A stretch of DNA of 64,000 bases from Alkalispirochaeta sp. GTDB taxonomy: Bacteria > Spirochaetota > Spirochaetia > DSM-27196 > Alkalispirochaetaceae. The first letter of the stretch is position 1, and each line of letters begins with the position of its first letter. The stretch spans positions 1,312,001-1,376,000 of the forward strand of contig OZ271854.1 in assembly GCA_965601925.1 (NCBI GenBank), written 5' to 3'. The position numbers and the translations under genes are program-made. Shown piece after piece: positions 9,916 to 18,649 of the stretch. Below the pieces are notes generated by a model, which had not been told where the DNA came from, did no database searches, and worked only from the letters and a program-made list of their open reading frames with translations.

Positions 9916-11223
9916 TTAGTTGGCGGCACCCAAAATTTGAGTCGCCTCACGCCGCAGGTTCGCGGCAGCGTCTTCGGGGGTCCGGAACTCAAAGCGCACC
10001 TCTTCGCGTACGGCGATGTTGTAGACGTTGTTGAGCAGATCGGTCCAACCGGGCGGGTCCGGCGGCGGAATCGGCTGCCCGGACTCGGTAACGCGGACCA
10101 TGTACTCGAACACGGTCTGTTGGATCTCACCTACCTCGGCAAAGAGCTCTGAACGTATCGCATCGGCGATCGGTACGCCGCGTTCGGCCACGAGGATCTG
10201 GTTGGCCGCCGAGTCGTTGGTGACGAAGTTGATGAACTGCGCCGCCTCCTCGGGGTTGGTTGCATCGCGGGGAACAGCGAAAAACATCGACGGCTTGACG
10301 TACTGCGCCGGCAATCCGCCCTCGACACGGGGCACCATGACGAGCGTGAAGTTGCGCGCCTCGGGGCCTCCTGCGGCGGTCCACAATCCGGTGAGCTGGT
10401 TGCTCCACATGTAGTGCATCGCCGCCTCGCCGGTAACGATCGGTTGAATCTCCAAACCGATGCCGTAGTTGAAATCGCTGATCTCCCGGCTAATGTGGGG
10501 AATCGCACCCGCCTCCTGCAGCCGCATGACCATCTCCAGATGCTCGACAAGCGGCCGATCGTCGGTGTAGCCGATATCATCCCCTTCGTCGGTAAAGACC
10601 CACATGCCTTCGCTGAGGTAGCGCGACTTCCACAGGTGGTTGTTGAGCAGCCCGGCGCCGTAGCCGTACACTCCCAACTCCTCGTGCAGCTGCAGCGTGA
10701 TCGCCTCGAAGTCGGCCCAGGTCCAATCGTCGGAGGGAATCGGAATGCCGGCGGCCTCGAACATATCGACGTCGAGGACAAACACCTGAGAGTTGGTGCC
10801 CAAACTCACACCGTACAACTCGTCGCCGATTCGTCCACCGTTGAGATTGGCTTCGGCCACGTCCGATAGGTCGAGCAATCCGGCGGCCACGTACGGCTCA
10901 AGCGACTGCACCAGCCCGCGTGACTGCCATTCGGCCAAAAACTGGTAGTCGTGCTGCATCACGTCCGGTAAATTGCGCCCGGCGGCCATGGTCGTGACCT
11001 TGGTCCAATAGTCGCCCCAGCCGGCAAACTCGTGGACGATGTCGAGCTCGGCGTCTTGCGACGCGTAGAGATTAAGGGTCTCGATCGTCCGCTCGTGGCG
11101 GTTCTGCGATCCCCACCACATCACGCGCAACGTATCGGGCTCTGCTTGCTCATCCTGACCGCCGGCAAAAAGCACGGCCGAGCACACCACCATCGCTACC
11201 GACAACGCTATCATATGCTTCAT
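9916..11223 (-). CDS. Sugar ABC transporter substrate-binding protein
   Basis: Signal peptide, LRVMWWGSQNR, WGDYWTK, PDVMQ; first gene of the ABC operon. Confidence 0.9.
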   Translation of the reverse strand: MKHMIALSVAMVVCSAVLFAGGQDEQAEPDTLRVMWWGSQNRHERTIETLNLYASQDAELDIVHEFAGWGDYWTKVTTMAAGRNLPDVMQHDYQFLAEWQSRGLVQSLEPYVAAGLLDLSDVAEANLNGGRIGDELYGVSLGTNSQVFVLDVDMFEAAGIPIPSDDWTWADFEAITLQLHEELGVYGYGAGLLNNHLWKSRYLSEGMWVFTDEGDDIGYTDDRPLVEHLEMVMRLQEAGAIPHISREISDFNYGIGLEIQPIVTGEAAMHYMWSNQLTGLWTAAGGPEARNFTLVMVPRVEGGLPAQYVKPSMFFAVPRDATNPEEAAQFINFVTNDSAANQILVAERGVPIADAIRSELFAEVGEIQQTVFEYMVRVTESGQPIPPPDPPGWTDLLNNVYNIAVREEVRFEFRTPEDAAANLRREATQILGAAN

Positions 11224-11551
11224 GGGAGCACCTCCTTACATGGTCTGGACCATTGTCAGGCGGGTCCAAAGCGGCGTAAACCCACCGAAACTCGACAGAA
11301 GGTATCATTTATTGAGGTTGAACGGTGGTGAGTGCGTCTATCGTGGGTTCCCGGGTGTCCGCGGCGTACGGCGGGGCAACGATCCCATCAGTCGTCATCG
11401 GCGCCGCGCGGCGTCGAACGACACGCAGGGAACACCTCGCTCGAGCTCAACGAGGCATAAGTCGGCATGCTCGAACGATTCGAACCGGAGTTTCCCGAAC
11501 GACACATCGCCGCGAACTCCGCCGGTTCTCCATTCGCCGTGATGATCGGCT

Positions 11552-11977
11552 TCACATAGTTGGTGCCAGCCTGTACTCCTCGTACATCTGAATAAAAGCA
11601 TCGGTGACGTACCAATTGGCTGTGAGCGTATAGGTCTCTCCTTGCCGTGATAGCAGGGCGATGTACCCATGAGGCTCGTCGCCGACGGTCCAAGAGATCG
11701 TCAACGGTCGAAAAGATCGATCCGGGTCCGTGCTATACTCCCATATCCCCACAAACGGTCCATCCTCCGTTGTGATCTCCAGGACACCATCGCCCTTGAA
11801 CGATATGCTTCTCCCCACGGAGTCGCCGACGCCTTCAAGGGTCTGATCCAAGATCGACGCCGGTGCGACCAACTCTATAGCCCCTTCGGCCCGCGTCGTT
11901 GTCGACTGTTGGCTCACACACGCCCCTAATGCTGCGATAACGACGAACCCTATCGTCACACGTAACACCTGCTTCAT
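11552..11977 (-). CDS. Hypothetical lipoprotein
   Basis: AGGAGG RBS; lipobox-like AALGAC; 141 aa. Confidence 0.7.
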   Translation of the reverse strand: MKQVLRVTIGFVVIAALGACVSQQSTTTRAEGAIELVAPASILDQTLEGVGDSVGRSISFKGDGVLEITTEDGPFVGIWEYSTDPDRSFRPLTISWTVGDEPHGYIALLSRQGETYTLTANWYVTDAFIQMYEEYRLAPTM

Positions 11978-12098
11978 CTAATCCTCCTGAGGCTTCTTTT
12001 TATTAGATTACTGAAGTAATAGCAATATATTATCATATATCACTACTACTTCTTGCAATGTCCGCAACATCGTCGCCGAACTGCTCGGCGTGCTTGAT

Positions 12099-12188
12099 TT
12101 CCGTCGTTGTCCGCGTCGTCGTCCCACATCCGCATCCGGTGAAACGGTACGTCCATCATCGCAAGGCCCCGTCCCAGCCGCGCTTCGT
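12099..12188 (-). pseudogene. Stub toxin cassette A (90-bp homology arm only)
   Basis: Matches 21012-21101 and nearly 29289-29378 (EARLGRGLAMMDVPFHRMRMWDDDADNDG), then degenerates. Confidence 0.8.
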
Positions 12189-12202
12189 GTGTTCTCGGGC
12201 GC

Positions 12203-12347
12203 GTCTCCCCCAAGTTTCAGCCAGGGGACCGGCCGACGGTGTCGATCACTCAGCAGGAGGAACTTGGAGTCGCGCTCGCCACCGCCGTCCGTTCCCCTGC
12301 GGGTTCCAGCAGAGATGTTTCGTCCTCAGGTGATGTGTGGGGGAGAC
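12203..12347 (-). repeat. Cassette-leader structured element, copy A
   Basis: Outer inverted repeat GTCTCCCCCA/TGGGGGAGAC; inner hairpin 12222-12299 (20/24 arm match); core TCACTCAGCAGG..GAGTCGCG. Confidence 0.85.
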
Positions 12348-12350
12348 CGG

Positions 12351-12545
12351 GCTACGGGTTCCAATTCCTCAGCCCGGCTCGGTGTGGTGATAGGTGCTTT
12401 TACAGAAGTCGGACAGCTACATTTACACCGCGACGACCGCTGTTCGGCTCACTTCGGCCGCATACCCGAGCAGCACGCATTGCGTGCGACCAGGGGCCGA
12501 TCGCCAGCGGTCGTCGTCCGGGCCTGTGGGATTTCCTCCCTCCGC
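12351..12545. repeat. Second palindromic repeat (type 2), shared with 17819-17975
   Basis: High identity to 17819-17975; nested inverted repeats (ACGACCGCTG/CAGCGGTCGT); extra hairpin GCACGCATTGCGTGC in this copy. Confidence 0.75.
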
Positions 12546-12599
12546 CCTCGCGCTCGTTCTGTGGTGCAACAACCGTATGAGTGGTGCATCGCAGGTGGC

Positions 12600-13343
12600 T
12601 TACGGGAAGTCTCGCATACTTTCAGACCACTGATCGGGGTGTAACACGGGTCGCAATATCAAATCCCCTTCAAAATCATTCGTCGGATTCTCGATTGGCG
12701 AAATCATACGAAGCCAGAACTCATCGTCTCCATTGCGTTGATCGCGGATCACTTCTATGGTGAGCGCATCGGGTCCAAATGTTCCGTCGGTTTCCATTGT
12801 GTTTTCATCAACCCAACGAACCAAGTGAGTGCCTTGAGGCCAGAACGGCATATACCCATCGCTGATGCGTAAAACATAGTCCCATTCGCCCTCAAGATAA
12901 CGATACTCCGTCTGAAGCTCTTGATCTTGAGTATACCAGAAGCCCGAGAAATCAGGTTCATCCAAATCTTGAGAGTTTTCCGCTCGTCTCTGCGAACCAG
13001 AGAAATATCCTGCATTGAGATTATAGAATATGACACTTTGCCCATTATTGCGAAACTCATATCTGCTCGGATTGTCAAATTGTGCAAGTGATAATCGTAT
13101 GTTCTCATTCGTGTTATCATAATATGTCGTATATCGATCTAAGGCGAACCATCGTCCCTTAACCAATAGTGTTGCCTGATCACGTTCCGGTAGTGCTCGG
13201 AACGTAATCGGATGATCAGGTAACGGCACCAAATCGATATTCTGTACTCCCCACCCGTGCTCAAGGAGATACTCCGTCCGGTCTTGCGCCGGTACACAGG
13301 CAATGCATACAAACACCATGATACCCATCAACATCTTCTGCAT
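12600..13343 (-). CDS. Candidate immunity protein (cassette B), exported
   Basis: Starts 15 bp after the toxin-tip stop; GAGGGAG RBS; signal MQKMLMGIMVFVCIACVPA; AT-rich; paralog of 15259-16011. Confidence 0.7.
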   Translation of the reverse strand: MQKMLMGIMVFVCIACVPAQDRTEYLLEHGWGVQNIDLVPLPDHPITFRALPERDQATLLVKGRWFALDRYTTYYDNTNENIRLSLAQFDNPSRYEFRNNGQSVIFYNLNAGYFSGSQRRAENSQDLDEPDFSGFWYTQDQELQTEYRYLEGEWDYVLRISDGYMPFWPQGTHLVRWVDENTMETDGTFGPDALTIEVIRDQRNGDDEFWLRMISPIENPTNDFEGDLILRPVLHPDQWSESMRDFP

Positions 13344-13357
13344 CTGATCTATCTCCC

Positions 13358-13824
13358 TCAATATCCCGGAACCGTCGGGACCCCATTCGGAACGCTCCAA
13401 TCAATTGAATACTCCAACGGATCCCATGGCATCGCCGGTTGGGGTGTACTCGGCGACACAATAAAGAAATCAAATCGGTGGATCTCGTCCAACCGCACCT
13501 CCGTCCGGTCCGATCCATGTGACGACGGACTTTGATACGGATTCATCAGCTCAATGATCAACTCCCCGTCCTCATCCAGACGGAATCCACTCATCATCGT
13601 CGAATGGTGACTCTCGCCCGATTGGGTACTGTTTAGTCGCACGTGCGCCACAAACGCATTCGTGGAGCGATCCATCCCGTTCAGCAAATCGATCGTTACC
13701 TCCGCACCCTCAAACACTTCCTGAAAGTTGAACCGATCCCCCGTCAGCAGCTCCATCGACTCCTCGACCGTGAGGAGCGTATCGTCGCTGAACGCACCCT
13801 CCTCGCGCAGTCGATTGTTCGCTT
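13358..13824 (-). pseudogene. 3' remnant of toxin cassette B (papain/C39-like tip), truncated by IS3
   Basis: Near-identical to 16026-16490; lacks the Cys-containing segment. Confidence 0.85.
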
Positions 13825-13841
13825 TGACCTGCCCCCTGAAA

Positions 13842-14642
13842 CTAGACCACTGCTTGAGTGAGTCCGTCCTCAAAGCTTCGCCAGATTTCTTCCGGCGTGT
13901 GATTGCCAAGCGAGCTGTGTGGCCGGTACCGATTGTACTCATCGCGCCACAAAGCCAGTTTCTCCTGAGCGTCCCTCACGCCCAGGAACAGGTTCTCGTT
14001 GAGGAACTCGTCGCGTAGCTTTCCGTTGAAGCTCTCGACAAAGGAGTTCTCGATCGGCTTGCCCGGCGTGATCAGACACTGCTGAATGCCGCGCTGGATC
14101 GTCCACGCGATCATGGCCCGGGACGTGAACTCCGGCCCGTTATCACTCTTCAAACATTCCGGCTCACCGTGCATGATCATCGATTGCTCCAACGCCCGGA
14201 TGACATCAGCGCTCGAACATGAACGAGCAATTCGTGCTGTGATCAGATACCGTGTGTACTCGTCCAACACGACCAGACACTTCAACGACCGTCCGGATTC
14301 AGTCGTGTCGAAAACGAAATCCAATCCCCAGATCTGATTGGGCCGCATCGCTGCACTGGCCCTATTGCGCTGCACGATGAGCTTCTTCCGGCGTCGTGAG
14401 CGGAGCATCAACTGTTCCTCGCGATAGATCCGGTACACTTGCTTGTGATTCGCTTCACTATGGTCTCGCCGCAGTAACACGTGGATCCGACGATACCCGA
14501 ACCGCTTGTGCCTCTCGGCCAGTTCCTTGATGCGCGCCCGAATCCGAAGATCGTTCGGGTTCTTTGCCTCATACCGACATGTCGATCGATGCAGCGACGC
14601 CAGTTCGCACGCTCGTCGCTCACTGACCCCATGGTGTTTCAA
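13842..14642 (-). CDS. IS3 transposase OrfB (DDE integrase core)
   Basis: WGLDF, LKSDNGPEF, PGKPIENSFVESFNGKLRDE; lies in the -1 frame relative to orfA. Confidence 0.95.
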   Translation of the reverse strand: MKHHGVSERRACELASLHRSTCRYEAKNPNDLRIRARIKELAERHKRFGYRRIHVLLRRDHSEANHKQVYRIYREEQLMLRSRRRKKLIVQRNRASAAMRPNQIWGLDFVFDTTESGRSLKCLVVLDEYTRYLITARIARSCSSADVIRALEQSMIMHGEPECLKSDNGPEFTSRAMIAWTIQRGIQQCLITPGKPIENSFVESFNGKLRDEFLNENLFLGVRDAQEKLALWRDEYNRYRPHSSLGNHTPEEIWRSFEDGLTQAVV

Positions 14643-14677
14643 CGCCCCGACAGCCGATCGTCGCTGATGAGGCGTCG

Positions 14678-14941
14678 TCAGTTTTTTGACAGCACCTCCT
14701 TCATCGCGTCGATCTCAAGCGCCTGGTTGGCGACCAGCCTTTTCAGTCTGGTGTTCTCGTCTTCCAGTTCTTTCAGTCGTCGCGCCTCGCTGGTTGTCAT
14801 TCCGCCATAGCGAGATTTCCACCGGTAAAACGTATTCTCCGCAAACCCGTACTTCCGACAGATCTCCTTCGCCGGAACACCGGACTCGGCTTCCCCCAAG
14901 ATCGCAATGATCTTCTCAACCGAATACTGACCCTTCTTCAT
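14678..14941 (-). CDS. IS3 transposase OrfA (HTH)
   Basis: MKKGQYSVEKII...TFYRWKSRYGG...LKELEDENTRLKRL; ends at an AAAAAAC slippery site. Confidence 0.93.
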   Translation of the reverse strand: MKKGQYSVEKIIAILGEAESGVPAKEICRKYGFAENTFYRWKSRYGGMTTSEARRLKELEDENTRLKRLVANQALEIDAMKEVLSKN

Positions 14942-15012
14942 GTTGTCTCTCCCTCCTATTATACCGGGAAAAACTCACCTTCTTGCTGGACCAGTTTTGT
15001 GGGAGCAGGTCA

Positions 15013-15077
15013 CCACCGCATAGTCGACCGCCGCGCCGACCGCATTCGCTCCCAGGCTCACCAGTGAGTTCACCGCA
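15013..15077 (-). pseudogene. 5' remnant (65 bp) of toxin cassette B
   Basis: Matches 20406-20470 (AVNSLVSLGANAVGAAVDYAV). Confidence 0.85.
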
Positions 15078-15092
15078 TAAGGATTTGGACAC

Positions 15093-15185
15093 GTCTCCCG
15101 ATGTATCATGAGAGGGAGCGGCGAACGGCGCCGGTCACTCAGCAGGAGGAACCTGAAGTCGCGACCGTCACCGCCCGCCGCTCCC
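15093..15185 (-). repeat. Cassette-leader structured element, copy B (divergent)
   Basis: Same core TCACTCAGCAGGAGGAACCTGAAGTCGCG; arms differ in sequence but stay complementary (GGGAGCGGCG.../...CGCCGCTCCC), 15114-15185. Confidence 0.85.
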
Positions 15186-15258
15186 AGCTTTGCATGTGGG
15201 CGTGTCTTATTCTCGGATTAGATAACAGAGTTTGAGGAAGCAGGATTCTTTGGGCAAT

Positions 15259-16011
15259 CTACGGGAAATCTCGCATGGTTTCAGACCGTTGATCGGGATG
15301 CAACACAGGGTGCAATATCAAGTCGCCTTCAAACGCGTTCTCAGGATTCTCGATTGGCGAGACCATACGCAACCAGAACTGGTCTTCTCGCATCATCCGA
15401 TGCTCTTCGATCACCTCAAACACGATGCGGTTCCCAAATGTATCGTCGGTTTCCAACGTGTTCTCGTCGATCCATCGTACGAGATGGGTTCCTTTGGGCC
15501 AAACTCCGGGATGTCCGTCAGCGACAGATAGAGCAAAATCCCAATGCTCCGAGGAGTCAACATAACGATATTCTCTAAACATATCTGGCGATTCCGAGCT
15601 TTGCCAAACACCTTCTAGTGTTAAATTATCCAATGCTGCATCATTATTCTCTACTTTTATGAAATAGCCTGCTAATATATTGAAACGAGCAAGGGTTAAC
15701 TGCAAAGCCCGACCTTCATTCAGAAGCTCGTATCCTAAAGAGTTTGGATCATTGCCTATCGGTTCAATTTGAGTGTCCGTTATAGAATAAGTTTGATAGT
15801 CATTCTCTAGATGAGAAAACGATGCTTTTATGACTTGACGATCATTAACATATTCTGGCAACGACCGAAACGTAATCGGCTGATCAGGTAACGGCACCAA
15901 ATCGATATTCTGTATTCCCCACCCGTGCTCAAGGAGATACGCCGTTCGGTCTTGCGCCGGTACACAGGCAATGCATACAAACACCATGATACCCATCAAC
16001 ATCTTCTGCAT
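15259..16011 (-). CDS. Candidate immunity protein (cassette C), exported
   Basis: Directly after the cassette C stop; signal peptide; AT-rich core. Confidence 0.75.
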   Translation of the reverse strand: MQKMLMGIMVFVCIACVPAQDRTAYLLEHGWGIQNIDLVPLPDQPITFRSLPEYVNDRQVIKASFSHLENDYQTYSITDTQIEPIGNDPNSLGYELLNEGRALQLTLARFNILAGYFIKVENNDAALDNLTLEGVWQSSESPDMFREYRYVDSSEHWDFALSVADGHPGVWPKGTHLVRWIDENTLETDDTFGNRIVFEVIEEHRMMREDQFWLRMVSPIENPENAFEGDLILHPVLHPDQRSETMRDFP

Positions 16012-16025
16012 CTGATCTATCTCCC

Positions 16026-17652
16026 TTAATATCCCGGAACCGTCGGGACCCCATTCGGAACGCTCCAATCAATTGAATACTCCAACGGGTCCCATGGCAT
16101 CGCCGGTTGGGGTGTACTCGGCGACACAATAAAGAAATCAAATCGGTTGATCTCGTCCAACCGCACCTCCGTCCGGTCCGATCCATGTGACGACGGACTT
16201 TGATACGGATTCATCAGCTCAATGATCAACTCCCCGTCCTCATCCAGACGGAATCCACTCATCATCGTCGAATGGTGACTCTCGCCCGATTGGGTACTGT
16301 TTAGTCGCACGTGCGCTACAAACGCATTTGTCGAGCGATCCATCCCGTTCAGCAAATCGATCGTTACATCCGCACCCTCAAACACTTCCTGAAAGTTGAA
16401 CCGATCCCCCGTCAGCAGCTCCATCGACTCCTCGACCGTGAGGAGCGTATCGTCGCTGAACGCACCCTCCTCGCGCAGTCGATTGTTCGCCTCAATACCG
16501 GTCATGTCGTCACCGGTCATCGCGTTCGCCGCATACAAGGCACTATACAACACGCATCCGTATCCACCTAATGAGACAAACGGTACCTCGCCTTCGTAGC
16601 CATATTCTCGACTTACAAATGCTCTGTTGTCAGGGTCGGTAGCGAACTCCTCAAACTCCTCGCGACTCAGGCTGCTCTCAAATTCAGAGAGATTACCCTC
16701 AAAGTTAGGACCAGCTTCACGTTGAAGGAACCGATTATACGCATCATCTATCCGTTGTTCGTTGATCTGGTCTACGGTTTCACGGCTCAACGCCTCGCCC
16801 AACGCTTCCCGCCAGTTCGCCGCATCGCTCTGATACTCGCCGGCCGTATTCAACTCAGGGAAGAAATGATCCATCGGCCCTTCATTCGGTCGGTAGTTCT
16901 CCGGGTTCAAGAGCCCCGCCACAATCGCCTGCCCAAACGCCTCGTTCCCTTCCAGTCCCCACGCATCCATCAGGTTTCGGTACGTCTCTCCCGTTCGCCG
17001 GTACGCACTCGCCTCCGTCGTCTCGCCCAATACCGCGCGCTCCACCAGGTGCGTCGCTTCATGCGCCATCGCACTTCCCAACATCGCCGAGCTCTCCCGG
17101 TCGTTCCCCGTCAATGCTCGCGACAACACGATCGTGTCCGGGTTGTCCGAGTCATACCGTCCGTACTCGCCCTCCGCCATATCGTCAAACTCACTCTTAA
17201 TCCGTCGCTCCCACACCGCACCCGCTAAGGCCGTGTCGCGTCGGTCCCGGCTGTACGATAACGTGTTCGCCGCATTCAGGATCGCTCGGTTCTCCACACC
17301 CCGTTGCGTCCCCAACGCGCCGCCGACCTTCGCACTCGTCACCCGTACCACATCCGATAATCCTTCCAGGCTCGTCGCTACCAGGTCCAGTCCGACGTCG
17401 TATCCGCCGCTCCCCACGTTGAACAACGCACCGCCTCCGCCAAGGTCCATCTGCAGCACGCCCGCCGATAACTCGTTCCCCTTCTCGTCGGTGATCCCCA
17501 GCATCCGCCCCATGTTTACCACGTTCAGCGATGCGCTCCCGTCGATCGCGTACTCCGTCGCCGCGCCAATCGCACTCGAGGTGATCGTCGCCGCGCTCCG
17601 TAATGCATCCAAGTTAAAAGTATTCTCCGCGAGGGCATCGCCGATCCCGTCG
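16026..17652 (-). CDS. Orphan toxin cassette C: HExxH pre-toxin domain plus papain-like/C39-like tip
   Basis: 17002-17652 matches main gene 28133-28783; HEATH motif; tip has GYGC...HHSTMM...MNPY (Cys-His-Asn order); no signal peptide. Confidence 0.8.
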
Positions 17653-17665
17653 GTCGTTAGACGCA

Positions 17666-17814
17666 CCTCCCCCGAGTTTCAGTCAGGGGGACCGGACGGC
17701 GGTGTCGATCACTCAGCAGGCCCTTCGGGCCAGAAGTCGCGCTCGTCACCACCGTCCGTTCCCCAGCGGGTTCCAGCAGAGATGTCTTGTCCTCAGTGAT
17801 GTGAGGTGGGAGAC
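17666..17814 (-). repeat. Cassette-leader structured element, copy C
   Basis: Hairpin 17687-17764 with GGCCCTTCGGGCC tip and conserved core. Confidence 0.85.
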
Positions 17815-17818
17815 CGGA

Positions 17819-17975
17819 CTACGGGTTCCAATTCCTCGGCCCGGCACGGTGTGGTAATAAGTGCTTTCTACAGAAGTCGGACAGCTGCAGTTACGCCACG
17901 ACGACCGCTGTTCGGCTCACTCCCGATCGCCGGCGGTCGTCGTCCGAGCCTGGAGGATTTTCTCCTTCCACCTTC
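17819..17975. repeat. Second palindromic repeat (type 2), shared with 12351-12545
   Basis: Direct sequence similarity and nested inverted repeats. Confidence 0.75.
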
Positions 17976-18106
17976 GCGCCTCGGCGAGTTGTGCAGCGTT
18001 TGATTCACTCACGCGTTGACGCGCCATGGCGTTCTGTCTTGTTCTTTCAAAAACGGCATGTGGTCCCCCTCCTCCACGATGAGGTTCTGGACACCACACC
18101 CACAGG

Positions 18107-18649
18107 TCAGGGAACGTCATCCCGGGTGATTTCAGTAACCACCGCGTCGATAATCAAGAGGTCTTCTGTTGTAGGTAGCAGCACTTCTATCTGCTCTGCC
18201 GTCACCGTGAAAGTAAAAAACCGTTCCGGCCCTACCTCGTTGCTTACTTCGGTGCCGAGAAACTGAAACAAATAGTACACCGTCATCACTCTTTCGGCAC
18301 GTTCAATGTGCTGCACTTCCGTTCGTGCCGCGCTACTCGCATACTCAACGTATCGAATGCCGGTCTCATCGAGGTAAAACGTTCCAAAATAGAACCCATC
18401 TTCGTCTTCTACGTCGATTGCTGAAAGGTCCGGTATCACCGCGAACAACTCATCGAGTGTTCTCGGCTCCACCGGTTCCTGCACTTCGGAAACAGACTCC
18501 TCAGCCTCCGCCGGTACCGGATCGGCGGTCATGACCTCCCGTGCCGATTCCTCCCGCGCACTTCCGCAACTCCATGCTACGAGAAAAAGGAGCACCACCA
18601 GACTCATCCTCACGACCATCATTCCGCGACTGGTTTGAACGTTTACCAT
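18107..18649 (-). CDS. Candidate immunity lipoprotein (cassette D)
   Basis: Overlaps the cassette D stop; lipobox-like LLFLVAWSC. Confidence 0.75.
   Translation of the reverse strand: MVNVQTSRGMMVVRMSLVVLLFLVAWSCGSAREESAREVMTADPVPAEAEESVSEVQEPVEPRTLDELFAVIPDLSAIDVEDEDGFYFGTFYLDETGIRYVEYASSAARTEVQHIERAERVMTVYYLFQFLGTEVSNEVGPERFFTFTVTAEQIEVLLPTTEDLLIIDAVVTEITRDDVP

Larger units (their letters stand above)
13825..15012 (-). mobile_element. IS3-family insertion sequence, 1188 bp
   Basis: TG...CA ends with imperfect terminal inverted repeats (TGACCTGCCCCCTGAAACTAG / TGACCTGCTCCCACAAAACTGG); orfA plus orfB; no target-site duplication. Confidence 0.95.

Noticed and set aside
12315..12332. GAGGACGAAAC (minus strand) in the leader element resembles half of a hammerhead ribozyme core
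   Set aside because: No correctly placed CUGANGA box or stem II partner, and the motif is altered in copy C and absent in copy B
13825..13942. N-terminus of ORF 13358-13942 as a genuine toxin gene start
   Set aside because: It is a chance in-frame read-through from the IS3 end into the truncated tip
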